This document shows, piece by piece, positions 38,724 to 47,989 of a DNA stretch of 64,000 bases; position 1 is the first letter of the stretch; every line of letters begins with the position of its first letter. The translations under genes and the position numbers were made by a program. Source of the DNA: Burkholderiales bacterium (lineage in GTDB: Bacteria > Pseudomonadota > Gammaproteobacteria > Burkholderiales > Eutrophovitaceae); assembly GCA_030834275.1 (NCBI GenBank), contig JAURFP010000003.1:1390-65389 (forward strand), given 5' to 3'. The notes below the pieces were generated by a model, which saw only the letters and a program-made list of their open reading frames with translations, was not told the origin of the DNA and ran no database searches.

Positions 38724-39515
38724 ATGAAGAAACTTAATCTAAGAGCTGCGGCGAAACTGCTGGTAGACCAGCGATCAGGACTCAAACCGATCAAAAAATT
38801 GCCCGATGCTCTGCAACCAAGAAATGAAGTTGAGGGATACGCACTTCAACGTGGGGTTGGTGAATTATTGAGTTTTTATTTGGGGCCGCTTGCAGGTTAC
38901 AAGATAGGATGCACTACCCCAGTCATGCAAAAATTTCTTGAGATCCCGAATCCCTGTGCTGGCGAAGTATTTCGTTCTACTGTGGTCAAAAACATGGCGG
39001 TAGTTCCGCGAATGGGATTCGTGAAGGTGGGGATCGAGTGTGAGATCGCCGTTGTTTTGGCGTGTGATCTATCTGATCCGAATTTAGTTGGTGATGCAGA
39101 ATGGCTCTCTCGAGCAGTTGGTGGGGTCATGGCGTCCATGGAGATAGTCGATGACCGATACGAAGATTACCGAACGATTGGAGTGCCAACTCTGATTGCA
39201 GATAATTTTTTTGACTCTGGATGCGTGCTTGGGACGCCATTGCAAAAGTGGAGGAACCTGGATCTCAGAAGCTTACGAGGCACTACAAAAATTAACGGGA
39301 AGTTAGTGGGAGAGGGTCAAGGGGATCTCATCATGGGCGACCCATTACATGCACTCACTTGGCTTGCCAAATCCCTCTTATCGCGTGGGCAATATCTTAG
39401 AAAAGGACAGTTCGTTACCCTCGGAAGTGTTGTGGAGACGAAGTGGCTAAATGCTGGTGATGTTGCCGAGGTGGAAATCGAGAGATTGGGTTCCGTAGGG
39501 TTGAGGGTTATATAA
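38724..39515 (+). CDS. 2-keto-4-pentenoate hydratase family protein (MhpD/HpcG-like, FAH fold)
   Basis: 263 aa with blocks GYKIGCTTPVMQ, ECEIAVVL and FVTLGSV resembling COG3971 hydratases/decarboxylases. Confidence 0.75.
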   Translation: MKKLNLRAAAKLLVDQRSGLKPIKKLPDALQPRNEVEGYALQRGVGELLSFYLGPLAGYKIGCTTPVMQKFLEIPNPCAGEVFRSTVVKNMAVVPRMGFVKVGIECEIAVVLACDLSDPNLVGDAEWLSRAVGGVMASMEIVDDRYEDYRTIGVPTLIADNFFDSGCVLGTPLQKWRNLDLRSLRGTTKINGKLVGEGQGDLIMGDPLHALTWLAKSLLSRGQYLRKGQFVTLGSVVETKWLNAGDVAEVEIERLGSVGLRVI

Positions 39516-39545
39516 AAAAAATGGCTGAGCTACACGCTCAGCCAT
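39514..39545 (-). terminator. rho-independent terminator of the cyclase-family gene (hairpin shared with the convergent plus-strand gene)
   Basis: ATGGCTGAGC / GCTCAGCCAT 10-bp stem (39521-39530 and 39536-39545). Read on the minus strand it is followed by TTTTTTT. Confidence 0.65.
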
Positions 39546-39571
39546 CCATTTGTAAAACTTAATTTTTATTC

Positions 39572-40699
39572 TTAGTAAATCACAATCGGGTTTCCTGGTG
39601 ACCCTGTTCCACCAATGATTCTTAGTGGAGACCAGATGAACGCGCCCTCATAAACTTTAGCGTCCACGAGAGACTTTGTATCTACGTTCTCAAGATTCCA
39701 AATTCCAAGCTGAACCTGTAATTCGGTATGACAAGGTACAGCCCAGCCTTCAACCTCGTTTCCAGGCTGAGCGTCATTGGCCGAAGTATCTCCCATGGTT
39801 AGAGCGATATTCCTCTCACCCATGTACTTACAAGCGCTGTAACCAAATCCAGGCTCGCCCTGCGCAAACTTTGCACGGGCTGCAGCACGCTCGTCTGAAG
39901 ACATAGACTTGTAACGATCATTGCTCCAGGTGTTTCCCTGTCCAGTGTGAACTGCTACGCAGTCGCCAGACTGGATTGCGCCTAAGCCTTGCATTTTTAG
40001 GATCCCCTCAATGTCATCGGCTGTAACGATCCCACCGACATCAGCAGATGTTTTTGGAATAGGGAGCATTTCCTCGCTAGCAGAAATTTGCCCGATCTTC
40101 TTTTTGTAGGCTACTGCATCAAGTACAACGAGGCGGCAAACGAATCCCAGTTCGCCAATATGTTCGACGCCAGCGTCACCCATACCGACTACTCGTCCTC
40201 CAGCCCCGCGCTCGTATCCGTTCTCAGGATTCATAGGGTTGAAGCCGTTGTACATGTATAGACCCTTCGAGGTGTTCACGCCAATGTGTCCAGGTCCATC
40301 GAACTGAGTTTGAATTTGTCCGATCTCGGTCGTTACGAGCTCGTCATGGTATATCAGCGCGTTTGCTCCGAATGGTCCGCCAGTAGGAGTTCCAGGAATG
40401 GTCATGTTCCAACCTCTTGGTCCGAACGCCGGTGCCTCTCTGTGGTAGTACTTACCAACACTGATAGCCTTAAACTGCTTGATAGTTGCCAAGGCGCGCT
40501 TAATGTTGGCAGAGTTTTTCATGTGATTGGCGCTTCCGGCCTTATCACCTGCTCCCCAATACTTTGATGGAGCCCACTTGTTGTTTATTGGGTCATCGTT
40601 TATCGGACCAGAAAGCGGATCCGTCGCCCCTCCAAAAGCAGATACTGCGCCGAAGCTTAATGCTACTGCCGCGGCGACTGCTCCAAACTTCTTAAACAT
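39572..40699 (-). CDS. cyclase-family protein (kynurenine formamidase-like fold) with signal peptide
   Basis: ATG 40699 is preceded by GGAGGAGGAG. The N-terminus is MFKKFGAVAAAVALSFGAVSAFG. Blocks IQTQFDGPGHIG, GDCVAVHTGQG and ...GGTGSPGNPIVIY resemble the putative-cyclase family. Confidence 0.7.
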   Translation of the reverse strand: MFKKFGAVAAAVALSFGAVSAFGGATDPLSGPINDDPINNKWAPSKYWGAGDKAGSANHMKNSANIKRALATIKQFKAISVGKYYHREAPAFGPRGWNMTIPGTPTGGPFGANALIYHDELVTTEIGQIQTQFDGPGHIGVNTSKGLYMYNGFNPMNPENGYERGAGGRVVGMGDAGVEHIGELGFVCRLVVLDAVAYKKKIGQISASEEMLPIPKTSADVGGIVTADDIEGILKMQGLGAIQSGDCVAVHTGQGNTWSNDRYKSMSSDERAAARAKFAQGEPGFGYSACKYMGERNIALTMGDTSANDAQPGNEVEGWAVPCHTELQVQLGIWNLENVDTKSLVDAKVYEGAFIWSPLRIIGGTGSPGNPIVIY

Positions 40700-40807
40700 A
40701 ATCTCCTCCTCCAAAACATGTTGATGGTTCGATCTGCTTTATTCGTAAGATTGTTGTTTTTGCAGATTGGTATAAAGTCTCATATGTAGGGATGGTAAGC
40801 AATAGGC

Positions 40808-41701
40808 GTGAGCGAGTTTCAGAGAGCGGGGTGGGCATTGATTTCGACAGAGCAGTTGTCAAAATACAAGGAAGACGGTTTTATTGTCGTTAGGTCAGTC
40901 GTTGATGAAATTATGCTGCGACGCATAAATAATGTCGTGGATAATTTAATAGCTCAAAGCGCAGACATCAAAGAACATAACGACATATATGATTTAGAGC
41001 CAAACCATACGCCGGAACAGCCACGAGTGCGGCGCATCAAGACTCCGCATAAGTGGGACTCGATTTTTTGGGACCTGGTTAATTCCGAGCGTATGACAGA
41101 GTGTCTTCGCGCTCTGTTGGGGCCTAACGTCCGGTTACATGGATCGAAACTAAACATGAAATTACCGGGCGACGGCGCCGCCGTAGAGTGGCATCAGGAT
41201 TGGGCTTTTTACCCTCACACCAACGATGATGTACTTGCGGTTGGTGTGATGCTAGATGATGTCACTGATGATAACGGCCCAATGCTCGCGATATCTGGTA
41301 GCCACAACCAGCCAAAGGTTTGGGATCATCATCAGGACGGATTTTTCTGTGGAGCGATAAATCCTGAAAATGCGTCAGATGTGAATTTTGATAGTGCCGT
41401 TAGATGTACTGGTCGAGCGGGTGATTGCTCTTTTCATCATGTGCGATTGATACACGGTTCTGAAAGTAATACGTCTCTCAAACCGCGTCGGTTGTTGTTG
41501 TATGAATGCTCGGCTGCGGATGCATGGCCGCTGTTGAGGTTTTCTTCACTGGAGGAGTTTGATAGCAGGATGATCTGCGGTGAATCCACGATTGAGCCGC
41601 GTTCGGAGGATGTGCCAATTCGCATGCCGCTACCCCCTGCAGTGCGGCAGGGTTCTATATACGAAAATCAGATCGAACTTCGTAATCGATACTTCACTTG
41701 A
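40808..41701 (+). CDS. phytanoyl-CoA dioxygenase (PhyH) family Fe(II)/2-oxoglutarate oxygenase
   Basis: 297 aa with the facial triad candidates HQDWAFYPH (HxD) and FHHVRLIHGSESN. It has a GTG start. Confidence 0.8.
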   Translation: MSEFQRAGWALISTEQLSKYKEDGFIVVRSVVDEIMLRRINNVVDNLIAQSADIKEHNDIYDLEPNHTPEQPRVRRIKTPHKWDSIFWDLVNSERMTECLRALLGPNVRLHGSKLNMKLPGDGAAVEWHQDWAFYPHTNDDVLAVGVMLDDVTDDNGPMLAISGSHNQPKVWDHHQDGFFCGAINPENASDVNFDSAVRCTGRAGDCSFHHVRLIHGSESNTSLKPRRLLLYECSAADAWPLLRFSSLEEFDSRMICGESTIEPRSEDVPIRMPLPPAVRQGSIYENQIELRNRYFT

Positions 41702-41732
41702 TACTTGAATTATTTCGTGCGTCTCCGAGCAA

Positions 41733-42557
41733 ATGTTATCGCCTGAACAACTCAATAAATATCTCACCGATGGATTTTTAAGTCCGGTACCCGTATTGAG
41801 TTCTTTTGAGGCTGGCCGTTACAGGAGCTCGCTTGAAGAGTTTGAAGATGTTCACGGGCTCGTCATGAAAACCGCTTTTAGAAACAAACCCCACCTCGTG
41901 TTTACGTGGGTGAACGAGTTGATGCGCCATCCAAATATTCTGGGTGCAGTTGAAACGATCTTGGGTCCAAATATTTTGGTTTGGGGAACCAATTTTTTCA
42001 TTAAAGAACCCGGGGATGAGACATTTATATCTTGGCATCAAGACTCCACTTACTGGGGGCTTTCGACGCCGGATGTAGTGACCGCTTGGTTAGCGCTAAG
42101 CCCTAGCAATATTCGAAGTGGGGCGATGAAGATGATTCCTGGCAGCCACCTTGTCGATCAGTTGCCACATAAGGATACTTTTGAGGAAAAAAATTTATTA
42201 ACGAGAGGTCAGGTGGTGGACTGGAGCTCACAACCCGAAGCTTCGCAGTTGCTTGAGTTGAATCCGGGTGAAATTTCCTTACATCATGTCCGTACGGTTC
42301 ATGGTTCTGAGCCAAATCTCAGCACAGATCGTCGTATTGGTCTAGCGATTCGCTACATCCCCACCCATTTGCGGCAAATATCTGGCGAGCGTGACTATGC
42401 AACACTAGTAAAAGGTGAAGATGATTTTGACCACTTTATCCAGGAGCCTATACCGGAAGAGACTATGGGTTCTGACGAAATCGAGGCTCACAAACTAAGT
42501 GCCTCAGAGTCCTTTAAGATCCTTTATCGAGGTACCGGCAGGGGAGTAGAGGTCTAG
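41733..42557 (+). CDS. phytanoyl-CoA dioxygenase (PhyH) family Fe(II)/2-oxoglutarate oxygenase
   Basis: 274 aa with HQDSTYW (HxD) and LHHVRTVHGSEPN. Confidence 0.8.
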   Translation: MLSPEQLNKYLTDGFLSPVPVLSSFEAGRYRSSLEEFEDVHGLVMKTAFRNKPHLVFTWVNELMRHPNILGAVETILGPNILVWGTNFFIKEPGDETFISWHQDSTYWGLSTPDVVTAWLALSPSNIRSGAMKMIPGSHLVDQLPHKDTFEEKNLLTRGQVVDWSSQPEASQLLELNPGEISLHHVRTVHGSEPNLSTDRRIGLAIRYIPTHLRQISGERDYATLVKGEDDFDHFIQEPIPEETMGSDEIEAHKLSASESFKILYRGTGRGVEV

Positions 42558-42633
42558 GTCGTACGGATTTAACTTGGCGCTGAGGGTAGGCAACTTTTTG
42601 TCGATATTGGAGACAAACCTTCTTATTAATAAA

Positions 42634-43047
42634 ATGAAAATATTGGGGTTACAGAAAATGAAATTAGCCGCTGTTTTATTCATCTCAATTTTTTCGAGTG
42701 TAAGCTTTGCGCAAACGTACTCTATGGAATCTTTTTCGCAAGTCAATGAAAATGAGATCTCCCGCTTCTATGTAGAGTCGGTTAGGGACTCGAATGGTGA
42801 GCGATTATTTGACGTAATCATTCGAGTTATAGACCCAGAGGCGGTACGTCCACAATCGATGGTTTCCAGAAAAGTTAGTTTTCGTGCTCGATGCGACTCC
42901 AAGGAGCTCACAGTTTCTCTAGTCGATATCCGAAACATTAAGGGCCAAACGATCAAGATGATCACCGTTCCACCGGGGGGTGAGGAGTACCACAAGCCAG
43001 AACTCGGAACCAAGGAAGACGATTGGTTGTGGAAGGCTTGTGGCTGA
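42634..43047 (+). CDS. small secreted hypothetical protein
   Basis: The ORF has a signal peptide (MKLAAVLFISIFSSVSFA). The start is ambiguous between ATG 42634 and ATG 42658. No family is recognised. Confidence 0.45.
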   Translation: MKILGLQKMKLAAVLFISIFSSVSFAQTYSMESFSQVNENEISRFYVESVRDSNGERLFDVIIRVIDPEAVRPQSMVSRKVSFRARCDSKELTVSLVDIRNIKGQTIKMITVPPGGEEYHKPELGTKEDDWLWKACG

Positions 43048-43078
43048 ACCCAGATCAAGAAGCTTGTTGGATCGGCAA

Positions 43079-44314
43079 CTAATCTAAGCCCTCACTGCTA
43101 CCCCACGTTTGCATTAGCGTATTCGAAGGTAGGTTTTCGTCTACAAGTTTGTTAGCGGTTTCGATTCCTGCGACCGGTAAGCCAGTTGGATCTAATACGC
43201 CGATTTGCACTAACACCGAAGCCTGGTCCCAGTAGATGTGCTCGTTGTAGAGCTTATCTCCACGAAACTTTACGATCGCTACAAGCGGAATTTCTACTCG
43301 TTTTCCAGTTGGTTTCACTCCAGGAAGCATCCAGTCGATCTCGATGTCATGCGTGAAGCAAAATAGCATTTCATCAACGACAATCCCCTCGCCGATTGTC
43401 CTAGAGATGGGGATTAGAGATGTATCCTGCGGACACTTAGGAATGAAGTGATGTTTATAGAAACGTTTGAGGTTGTCGTGCCCAACGCCGCCCGTCATAG
43501 TTGGGATGTGATTAACATATGGCTCAGACACCATGGTCCCCATAGTCGCATCAACATCTCGCGTTGCAAACTCGTACTCGCAGTGTTTGTCCCAAAGCGA
43601 GGAGAAATCAAAATGCGGCCCCATAGTTTTTCGGAAAGATGCTATCGACCGGTGATGCGCCATGAGTGCAGATGGCTTGTGATAGTGCTCTGACTGCGGT
43701 CTCGCAAAAGCATGGTCAACCTCTGGATAAATGTAAATTTCACTCGCCGGTGTTACTTTCAAGGCGTCACGAATTTTTTCGACCTTATCCATTGGCGCAT
43801 ACTTATCGTTCGCTGCAAAATGTAAAACAAGCGGTACTTTAATTTTTTTTGCATCCTCCAAGTACTCGTCAATCGTGACTCCGTAGTAACCAACTGCACA
43901 ATCAACTCCAGCACGAGCCGCTGATAGATAAGCGAGGCGCCCACCAAGACAAAAACCAAGGGCGCCTACTTTGCCTACAACTTCTGGCCTTGACCTGAGC
44001 GCTTTCACTGTTTCTGTGATGTCTCGCACCCCAGCGTCCGTATCGAATTGCTGAAATAACTCAAATGCTCGGTTCCAATCTTGTTCTGTATATCCGAGTT
44101 GGATCTCTGGCTCGATACGCCAAAATAAGTCTGGAGCTAATACAACATAACCCTCTTCAGCGTAATAATCAGCGACATCTTGAATGTACTGATTAACACC
44201 GAAAATTTCCTGACAAAGTACGATTCCTGGCCCCTTACCCGAAGAAGGTACCGACAAATAACCTTTGAAACTTCCCCCATCTGAAGCGGGGATCTCAATC
44301 CACTGACCAGCCAT
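43079..44314 (-). CDS. dienelactone hydrolase domain fused to a C-terminal NTF2/SnoaL-like domain
   Basis: 411 aa. The N-terminal about 235 aa is DLH-like (nucleophile elbow GFCLGG, EVDHAF). The C-terminal about 170 aa resembles SnoaL-like cyclase/NTF2 proteins (VNHIPTMTGGVG..., IYWDQASVL). Confidence 0.75.
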   Translation of the reverse strand: MAGQWIEIPASDGGSFKGYLSVPSSGKGPGIVLCQEIFGVNQYIQDVADYYAEEGYVVLAPDLFWRIEPEIQLGYTEQDWNRAFELFQQFDTDAGVRDITETVKALRSRPEVVGKVGALGFCLGGRLAYLSAARAGVDCAVGYYGVTIDEYLEDAKKIKVPLVLHFAANDKYAPMDKVEKIRDALKVTPASEIYIYPEVDHAFARPQSEHYHKPSALMAHHRSIASFRKTMGPHFDFSSLWDKHCEYEFATRDVDATMGTMVSEPYVNHIPTMTGGVGHDNLKRFYKHHFIPKCPQDTSLIPISRTIGEGIVVDEMLFCFTHDIEIDWMLPGVKPTGKRVEIPLVAIVKFRGDKLYNEHIYWDQASVLVQIGVLDPTGLPVAGIETANKLVDENLPSNTLMQTWGSSEGLD

Positions 44315-44423
44315 CTTTCTCTCCGATTAGTACTTTAAATATGGGTTCATTTATACCTGAAATTCCTCTCTTGCAAAAATAAAATATAGGTTTTTCGTTT
44401 ATGCGCTGCTCTACAATGTGTTC

Positions 44424-44452
44424 TTGACAAAGTAACCGCTTATACCTAGATT
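44424..44452 (+). promoter_or_regulatory. sigma-70-like promoter for the Dpp-type transporter operon
   Basis: TTGACA (44424-44429), a 17-nt spacer, then TAGATT (44447-44452), about 55 nt upstream of ATG 44508. Confidence 0.4.
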
Positions 44453-44507
44453 CACCAACTAGAGTAGGTTAATTCAAAAAATTATATTCTTGGGGTAGGG
44501 GAGATAA

Positions 44508-46043
44508 ATGCATACGTTTGATCGACGTCGATTTTTAAAAATTTCGGGGATAGCCGCCGCCGCTCCTTTGGCTGGCTCGGTCCTTTTCTCCGGCTGTAGC
44601 AAGGGAAGCGACGTACTATCGATCGCGTATAACGTACCACTTCCTTCTTGGGATCCTACGACTGGACCATCGTCGGTGAATCCGACAATCCAGACCTATT
44701 ACAAAGCTGTTTTCGATAGCTTCATAGATCAAAACCCAGATCTCAGTTTTAAAGCCGGATTATTAACCGAATGGGGGTGGAATGAGGACCGTACAAAAAT
44801 AAAAATGACGGTTCGGGAAAATGCATTTTGGCACGACGGTAGTCCAGTGACGCCAGAGGATGTTGTATGGTCTCTCGAGCGCGCCGCGAACCCAGAGAGT
44901 GGGAATCCGATTCAATTTGTTTGGAGCAAGATTAACAACTTCAGCATTTCTGGCCAAGAAATCACGGCTGACGTTAAGGAGTTTGAACCTACGTTATTTA
45001 AGTGGATGGCGTTCCTCACGGGCTATGTCATGCCGAAGAAGGCGTACCTAGATAGGGGAGCAGAGGCGTGGGAGGAACAGCCGATTGGCAGTGGCCCTTA
45101 CATGGTCGAAAAGTTCGAGAGGAACGCCTATGTCCGCCTCAAGGCGTTTCCGCAGTACTGGGGTGACAAGCCAGAATTTGAGACGGTTGTCATTAAGATG
45201 GTTCCTGATGCCTCTGCTCGGGTAGCGGAGATCGAGAGTGGTGGATCCGACCTTACTCTTCAAATTCCGTATGAAGAGTTTAATCGGCTATCGAGCAAAG
45301 GTTTCTCTGGACAGTCTTACCCGGTCTCCGATATTGGTATGATTTTCATTTCAAACCGAGAGCCCATGCTCGATAAAAATGTTCGATTGGCTATGCATCA
45401 CGCGATCGATAAAAAAGCAATCGTCAACGATTTGCTTCTTGGGTTTGGAACACCAATCGATACCTTACAAGCTCCAGAATACGACGCTTTTGAGTCGACT
45501 ACGACTGTTGGTTATGATCTAGAGTTAGCCAAGAAATATTTAGCGAAGTCAGGCTTCTCCGTGTCGAATCCTGTCAAATTCACCATTCAAACTACGCGAG
45601 GTTATAAGCCGAAAGATTACGAAATGATCGAGGCTATTGTGGGAATGTGGAAACAAGTAGGTATTGAGGCGTCTATAGAGATTTATGAGATCGCCAAACA
45701 CTTCGAGTTGCGAATGCAACACAAACTTGCGCCTGCAGCGTTTTATAACTGGGGTAACTCGATTGGTGATCCTTCAACTTCAACCGGCTTTGCAATGTTT
45801 AGTTACTCGCCACATTCGGCTTTCAAGAGCCCTGAGGTCGACAAACTGATCGGACCACTCTGGGGCGAACCTAATGAGGAGAAAAGAATCGAGGGATACA
45901 AGAACGTCGACCGTTACATTGCAGACGAGGGCTTAGTAATTCCGCTGCTGCAATATTCACAGCCGGTGGTGTATCGTTCGGGCCTTTCTTTCACCGCTCA
46001 CACTGCGGGATTTATTCTGCCTCAAAATATTAAGTCGGCGTAA
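44508..46043 (+). CDS. ABC transporter substrate-binding protein, family 5 (DppA/OppA/NikA-like), Tat signal plus lipobox
   Basis: 511 aa. The N-terminus DRRRFLKISGIAAAAPLAGSVLFSGCSKG carries a twin-arginine motif and a Cys lipobox. The SBP_bac_5 pattern is present (PYMVEKFERNAYVRLKAFPQYWG). Confidence 0.88.
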   Translation: MHTFDRRRFLKISGIAAAAPLAGSVLFSGCSKGSDVLSIAYNVPLPSWDPTTGPSSVNPTIQTYYKAVFDSFIDQNPDLSFKAGLLTEWGWNEDRTKIKMTVRENAFWHDGSPVTPEDVVWSLERAANPESGNPIQFVWSKINNFSISGQEITADVKEFEPTLFKWMAFLTGYVMPKKAYLDRGAEAWEEQPIGSGPYMVEKFERNAYVRLKAFPQYWGDKPEFETVVIKMVPDASARVAEIESGGSDLTLQIPYEEFNRLSSKGFSGQSYPVSDIGMIFISNREPMLDKNVRLAMHHAIDKKAIVNDLLLGFGTPIDTLQAPEYDAFESTTTVGYDLELAKKYLAKSGFSVSNPVKFTIQTTRGYKPKDYEMIEAIVGMWKQVGIEASIEIYEIAKHFELRMQHKLAPAAFYNWGNSIGDPSTSTGFAMFSYSPHSAFKSPEVDKLIGPLWGEPNEEKRIEGYKNVDRYIADEGLVIPLLQYSQPVVYRSGLSFTAHTAGFILPQNIKSA

Positions 46044-46067
46044 GTAATATTGATGCACGACTAGATT

Positions 46068-46101
46068 GGAGAGTGGAGCTTGCCTCCACTCTTTCTTTTT
46101 T
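46068..46101 (+). terminator. intra-operon hairpin/attenuator after the substrate-binding-protein gene
   Basis: AGAGTGGAG / CTCCACTCT stem with loop CTTGC, followed by TTCTTTTTT. Confidence 0.6.
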
Positions 46102-46146
46102 GAAAGCTAACATTGATTGCTCTATTGATCGCCTGAACTTTTGAAT

Positions 46147-47154
46147 ATGTTTGGCCGTTATCTAATGCTCAGGTTGTTACTTGCGATTCCGACGATTTTT
46201 TGCGTCGCTGTTATCGTATTTGTCTTAATGCGGATAGTCCCCGGTGATCCGATATCGATGATGATTCCACCGGGAGCCTCGCCAGACGACATCGAAAATT
46301 TGCGCGAAATTTATGGGCTCAATAAACCTGTCCTCGATCAATTTTTGATTTGGCTGAATGGCATCGCAGAAGGAGACTTGGGAAGGTCCATTAGTTTAAA
46401 ACTTGGTGTGGGGCAGCTAATACTCAATCGCTTACCCGCGACTTTAGAGCTTGTTATCCTCTCAATGGGGATAGCGATTTTCTTAGCGGTTACCGCATCG
46501 GTTGCTGCCATTCGATACAAGGACACACTTGTCGAGAGAGTTTTAGATACTTTTACGGGGGTTGCGCAAGCGATTCCGGACTTCTTATGGAGTCTACTAC
46601 TCCTATTATTCTTCGGCGTAATACTTCCATTGTTTCCAATTACAGGACGATTGGATCCTTCGCTCTCGTTCGACCCGATAACAAACTTTTATTTTTTTGA
46701 AGCTATTTTTACGTTTCGACTGGATGTGGTTTGGGATTTACTTGCACATTTAGCGTTACCGTCGTTTGCGTTGGCATTCCCGCTTGCCGCCTCCTTGTCC
46801 AGAGTGCTGCGCGGATCACTATCGGAGGCTATGTCCCAGGATTACATAACACTTGCACAGGTCAAGGGTTATTCGCGTTTAGAGGTGATCACGAAGTTCG
46901 CACTCCGCAATGCCTTAATCCCGACGATTACGTTATCTGGAGTTCAATTCGCTTTTTTAATTGGGGGAACCGTTCTTGTTGAATATATATTTTCTTATCC
47001 GGGTTTAGGTAATCTCGCGATTTCTGCAGTAGTGCAGCGTGACCTCCCGCTCATACAAGGTCTGATTCTCACCTTTGCTGTCATGTTTGTTATTACGAAT
47101 CTATTGATTGATTTGAGTTACGCGCTAATTAATCCGCGATTACGGGGGCGCTGA
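46147..47154 (+). CDS. ABC transporter permease (DppB/OppB-like)
   Basis: About 335 aa with the N-terminal RYLMLRLLLAIPTIFCVAVIVF pattern, six TM helices and the EAA-type loop (LSEAMSQDYITLAQVKGYS). Confidence 0.9.
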   Translation: MFGRYLMLRLLLAIPTIFCVAVIVFVLMRIVPGDPISMMIPPGASPDDIENLREIYGLNKPVLDQFLIWLNGIAEGDLGRSISLKLGVGQLILNRLPATLELVILSMGIAIFLAVTASVAAIRYKDTLVERVLDTFTGVAQAIPDFLWSLLLLLFFGVILPLFPITGRLDPSLSFDPITNFYFFEAIFTFRLDVVWDLLAHLALPSFALAFPLAASLSRVLRGSLSEAMSQDYITLAQVKGYSRLEVITKFALRNALIPTITLSGVQFAFLIGGTVLVEYIFSYPGLGNLAISAVVQRDLPLIQGLILTFAVMFVITNLLIDLSYALINPRLRGR

Positions 47155-47158
47155 AGAT

Positions 47159-47989
47159 ATGCCGACAACGAGCGTATTTAAAATTTCCTCATTCAGTATT
47201 TTTGTAATTGTGTTGCTTGGGTTTGCGGCGCTATTTGCTCCGATCATCGCGCCGTATGACCCCATGGCTCAGGACCTAAAGAACTCGTTTCTTCCGCCAT
47301 TTTGGCTGGGAGGGACTTCAGAGCATCTTCTCGGTACCGATAGTCTCGGTCGGGATTTATTATCCCGAATAATTTTTGGTGCAAGGGCTGCCGTTTATGT
47401 ATCAGTCATTGGGTCATTTTTTGCTGCGTTGATTGGTGTCGTTCTCGGTCTGTTATCGGGATATTTTGGTGGGGCATTGGATGCGCTCATCTCGAGACTT
47501 GTAGATGCGTGGATGAGCTTTCCATCCGTGCTGCTGTGTATTGTTCTAGCCGCGGTTATTGGACCAGGCCTCGAGACGGTAATAGTCGCGATTATTATCA
47601 TCGACTGGACTAGATTTTGTCGGGTAGTGAGATCCGAAACGATCGTTCAGAAATCATCGGACTATGTGAGCGCCGCGATCATCGGCGGACTTTCGCCACT
47701 AAAGATTTTGATAAAAGAGGTTTTTCCGAATATTGCGCCCTTGTTAGTCACCTTACTGACGCTTGAGATGGGTATTGCAATTGTGGTGGAGGCGATTTTG
47801 TCGTTCGTTGGCTTGTCGTCGTCACACATTCCGACATGGGGTGGGTTGATCCAGGAGGGCCGACTCTACGTGAATCAGGCTTGGTGGCTAATGGGTGCTC
47901 CAGTTTTCTGTATTGTCGTTGTCGTTCTGGCATTTAACTTAATCGGTGACTCCGTCCGGAAGCGCATAGACCCGGTGTTGAGAGCATGA
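47159..47989 (+). CDS. ABC transporter permease (DppC/OppC-like)
   Basis: 276 aa with HLLGTDSLGRDLLSRIIFGAR and the EAA-type loop. A 4-nt overlap links it to the next gene. Confidence 0.9.
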   Translation: MPTTSVFKISSFSIFVIVLLGFAALFAPIIAPYDPMAQDLKNSFLPPFWLGGTSEHLLGTDSLGRDLLSRIIFGARAAVYVSVIGSFFAALIGVVLGLLSGYFGGALDALISRLVDAWMSFPSVLLCIVLAAVIGPGLETVIVAIIIIDWTRFCRVVRSETIVQKSSDYVSAAIIGGLSPLKILIKEVFPNIAPLLVTLLTLEMGIAIVVEAILSFVGLSSSHIPTWGGLIQEGRLYVNQAWWLMGAPVFCIVVVVLAFNLIGDSVRKRIDPVLRA

